64,000 nt of DNA, taken from the NCBI RefSeq assembly GCF_009914755.1, contig NC_060926.1; one strand, written 5' to 3'. Positions 60,712 to 64,000 of the stretch are shown in pieces. This DNA is from the human T2T-CHM13v2.0 reference genome, Homo sapiens. A model generated the notes under the pieces. The model saw nothing but the letters and a program-made list of their open reading frames with translations. It did no database searches and was not told where the DNA came from. Numbering within the stretch: the first letter of the stretch is position 1; the number at the start of each line of letters is the position of its first letter. The translations under genes were made by a program, and so were the position numbers.

Positions 60712-61928
60712 TTTAGCATTCACTTATAAAGTTAACTATTCACTTACCATATGACTTGGAAATTCTATTCTTAAATATTTTCTCAAGTGTAGTGAAAACA
60801 TGTCTACACAGAGATTTGTGCCTGAGTTTTCACAGCAGCTTTGTTCAGAGTAGCCACTGGAAGTGATCCAAATGTCCATCAGTTGGTAAATAGATAAAGA
60901 AAAATTACTAAGTGGAATACTACTCAGCAATTAATAGGTATGAGCTGATACATGCAGCAAAATAGATGAATTGCAAAGCACTACTAAGGCAAAAAAGACA
61001 ACTCCCTGTATGCGCCCACTACATGAAGTTCTAGAAAAGGCAAACCTATAGTGATAGCAGATCAGTAGTTGCTAGCAGTTACGGGATTGGGTATAGAATT
61101 TAAAATTACATTTTTGGTACTGGTGGCACTGCTGTATACAGATGTCAAAACTCATCATTGTACACCTAAAATCGGTCAATGTTGTTGTATATAAATTCTA
61201 CTTCTGCTGACATTTGAATTCCTCTTTGTCTACTTTTTTGTCATTCCTCTAGCCACTTAGGTGCTTCACATTTAAAGGTTCAGGACTGCCATGTCTGCTG
61301 TTACAAGGATAGAGTTTGTGTTTCTGTTTAGTTACTTTTCTTATTTTGGGGTAATTTTTCAGAGAAAAAATAAGTGGGAACATTTTTCCCTCATCATCTT
61401 AAATTTGGAAGTCCTATAGATGTTAGTTAAAGTCGTGGGGCTGGAGTTATCCCTATTCCTTCGCATATTCATGTACATTTTGAGACTGTGAATGAGTTCC
61501 CACAATGATGAATAAGGTCTCTGATCTCCCATATCTCCCCACTTCCTCTTCACCATCCCCCCAATATAGTTATAAAACAGTGTTAGTTATATCAGTAGTT
61601 AGGATATACTTTATTATGATTGTGCAGATGTCATTCACTAGAAAACCAGTAACTTAATGCCCATAACACCTTTCTTCCTCAGTTCTTCATTTTTACTAGA
61701 GTTGTTCATTTGCCACCTTTTTTTCATTTGTCTGATTTTCTACACACCCACCATTAATTTTTCCTAATGCCCCAACAAGTCAGCCTCAACTCCATCAGTA
61801 ATGCTTTCCATTATCTCAAACATCGCATATATTCCTCTAATTCCCAGAGACCTCTTTCTCAGAGCCAGCCTTTCTTCCATTTATTCTGTTGAGACTGGAT
61901 GCTGGGTGGATGTCATTCTGGTTTCTAG

Positions 61929-62330
<402 letters not shown>

Positions 62331-62659
62331 CTAGACTTTTATTTAAAATGAGACTTCTGTGGCTCTGTTACTCTCCTTCCTGGAAGGGAGGGAGGAGCAA
62401 GACCGGTTTGCCCCAAGCCTATAAATGGAATAAACCAGTCCCCAACAGGTTCTGCAACTTGCCTGAGATCTTATCGCTCCTGAGTTTGGGAAACTCTTGA
62501 GTTATTTAAGCCACACTCTTAGAAGGTTGTTTTGCTTCTGTTTAATTGGGGCTGTGCCTTCTGGCTGTTGAGCTCCTTTGACAAAGTGATTTTGCATCCA
62601 GAGTACTTTATTCATTCATCCATTCATTCACTAAAAAAACCTTTATTAAGCACTTGGTC

Positions 62660-62850
62660 TGTTAGCAGAAAAAGTAGGCTCTTTGGAACAGGCAGAACTG
62701 AGTTAAGTTCCCTCTTGGCCTCTTGCTGGTTGGGTGACCTGATTAGTCCTCCCGAGCCTCAGTTTCCTTTACTGTTTAATGACAACAGTTAAGAGATCAT
62801 TTGGGTAATGGGCCTGGTACAGTGCCTGACAGAGTCTGTGCCTAGCAAAT
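62660..62850 (+). mobile_element. MIR
   Basis: 'ctcccgagcctcagtttcctt...ctggtacagtgcctgacagag'. Confidence 0.65.
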
Positions 62851-63369
62851 ACGCACTCCTTATCCTTCCCCAGGGCTATGCAAACTGCAAGTGGTTTCAG
62901 TTTCAGTTATGGGCAGACCAGGCTACCAGCAGGCCTTGGAGCGCCTGGAGGATCCATTCAGAGGGCAAGTGCTGGATACTCTCTTCTCTCTAGCAGGAAC
63001 ATGGAGGGTGGATGAGAAGCAGCAAGGATGATGTTTGCTTTCTGGATCATCCCTGTGCCTTGTGATTAGCATTTAATAGGCTCCCAGAAAGCTTTGAAGA
63101 TAATCATATGTCTACCCCTCCCTTTTGACTGATGATCTTGACGTGATATACACTTATGTCAGTGAGGAAATAGGGAGGCTCTTGCAATGAGCCAAGAGTT
63201 GCTCTTTAGCTTTCAAAAACGTAAAGTCTAGTGAAAATTCAGCCCACAATGGAGTGGCACAGGAATTTGTCTTCAGAAATGCCTCCTCCACAAAGCTGTT
63301 TTGTGGGAATGAACAGGGGATGATATGGTAAAATAAGCCTAATGACAGTTTATGGTCTTTATACCTCAC

Positions 63370-63590
63370 TTTTCCGTGTACAAAGTTTTGACAAAGCCCT
63401 TGTATATCCATCATCCCATTCGTGCCTTCAAGCCCCATAAGGTGGTTTGATAAAGTTATCACCCCCATACTGCAGATAAGAAAACTGAGACTCACTGAAG
63501 CGATTTGTCCAGGCCATATAGCTAGCAGGGAAGTAGGAGGGCCAGGACTTAAATCTACTCTCTTGAGTCCAGAGACCCTGCTCTGCTGCC
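63370..63590 (-). mobile_element. MIR
   Basis: 'cccccatactgcagataagaaaactgagactcactgaagcgatttgtccaggccatatagctag'. Confidence 0.7.
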
Positions 63591-64000
63591 TCAAGGTAGC
63601 ATTTAGCTATTGCCACACCTCTTTAGCTAAACTTTTAGCTGACTTGTCCTGAGTTCTAAGTCCTGGGATGTTGGCAATATCAGGGGGTGAGGAGGAGGCA
63701 GTGGGACCAGCTCCAATGTGGCCACACCTGAATATCAGGGTATCAGGGATGCAGCCTAGCTGAGTTGTGGCCACATTCCTTGAATTCCCGTGACCTGGTC
63801 ACATAAGAATAATGCAGCCCCTGGGGTGGTCTCATCAGAGCCAGATCTATCCGTCTCACCACTCAAGGGCTCACTCCTGTAATTCTGCCTCTCTCCAACG
63901 TAACCCACGATTGATTTCCACTAGCATACAAAATGCTGCAGTCGTTCATATTCCCTTCAGCTCCTTTCCGCTCTTGCCCAAGTTTCTGCTCCCCCTTTCA

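Overview
Human-type genomic DNA: about 34 Alu copies or fragments, including a human-specific AluYb8. It is mostly GC-rich and repeat-dense, with an AT-rich L1 block at about 57-62 kb. I found no intact protein-coding exon. The long ORFs in the track come from simple repeats, Alus or GC-rich chance frames. The only recognisable gene-derived sequence is a heavily degraded, intronless CTAGE/cTAGE5 (MIA2) processed pseudogene on the minus strand (about 18.75-21.35 kb). It is split by a MaLR (MST) LTR carrying two Alus, and by a young 5'-truncated AluY. Also present: a 32-nt 3'-truncated U2 snRNA retrocopy, a near full-length Tigger1 with nested insertions, many MaLR/ERV LTRs, MER DNA elements, and MIR, L2 and L1 fragments. 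Three adjacent tandem repeats lie at 8-10.3 kb. Candidate regulatory motifs are two strong co-oriented CTCF sites in CpG-rich patches and two RFX X-boxes. Several unexplained short direct repeats also occur. I see no evidence for a new multi-gene system and could not assign the chromosomal locus. Repeat subfamily names come from recalled consensus sequences, so they and most boundaries are approximate.
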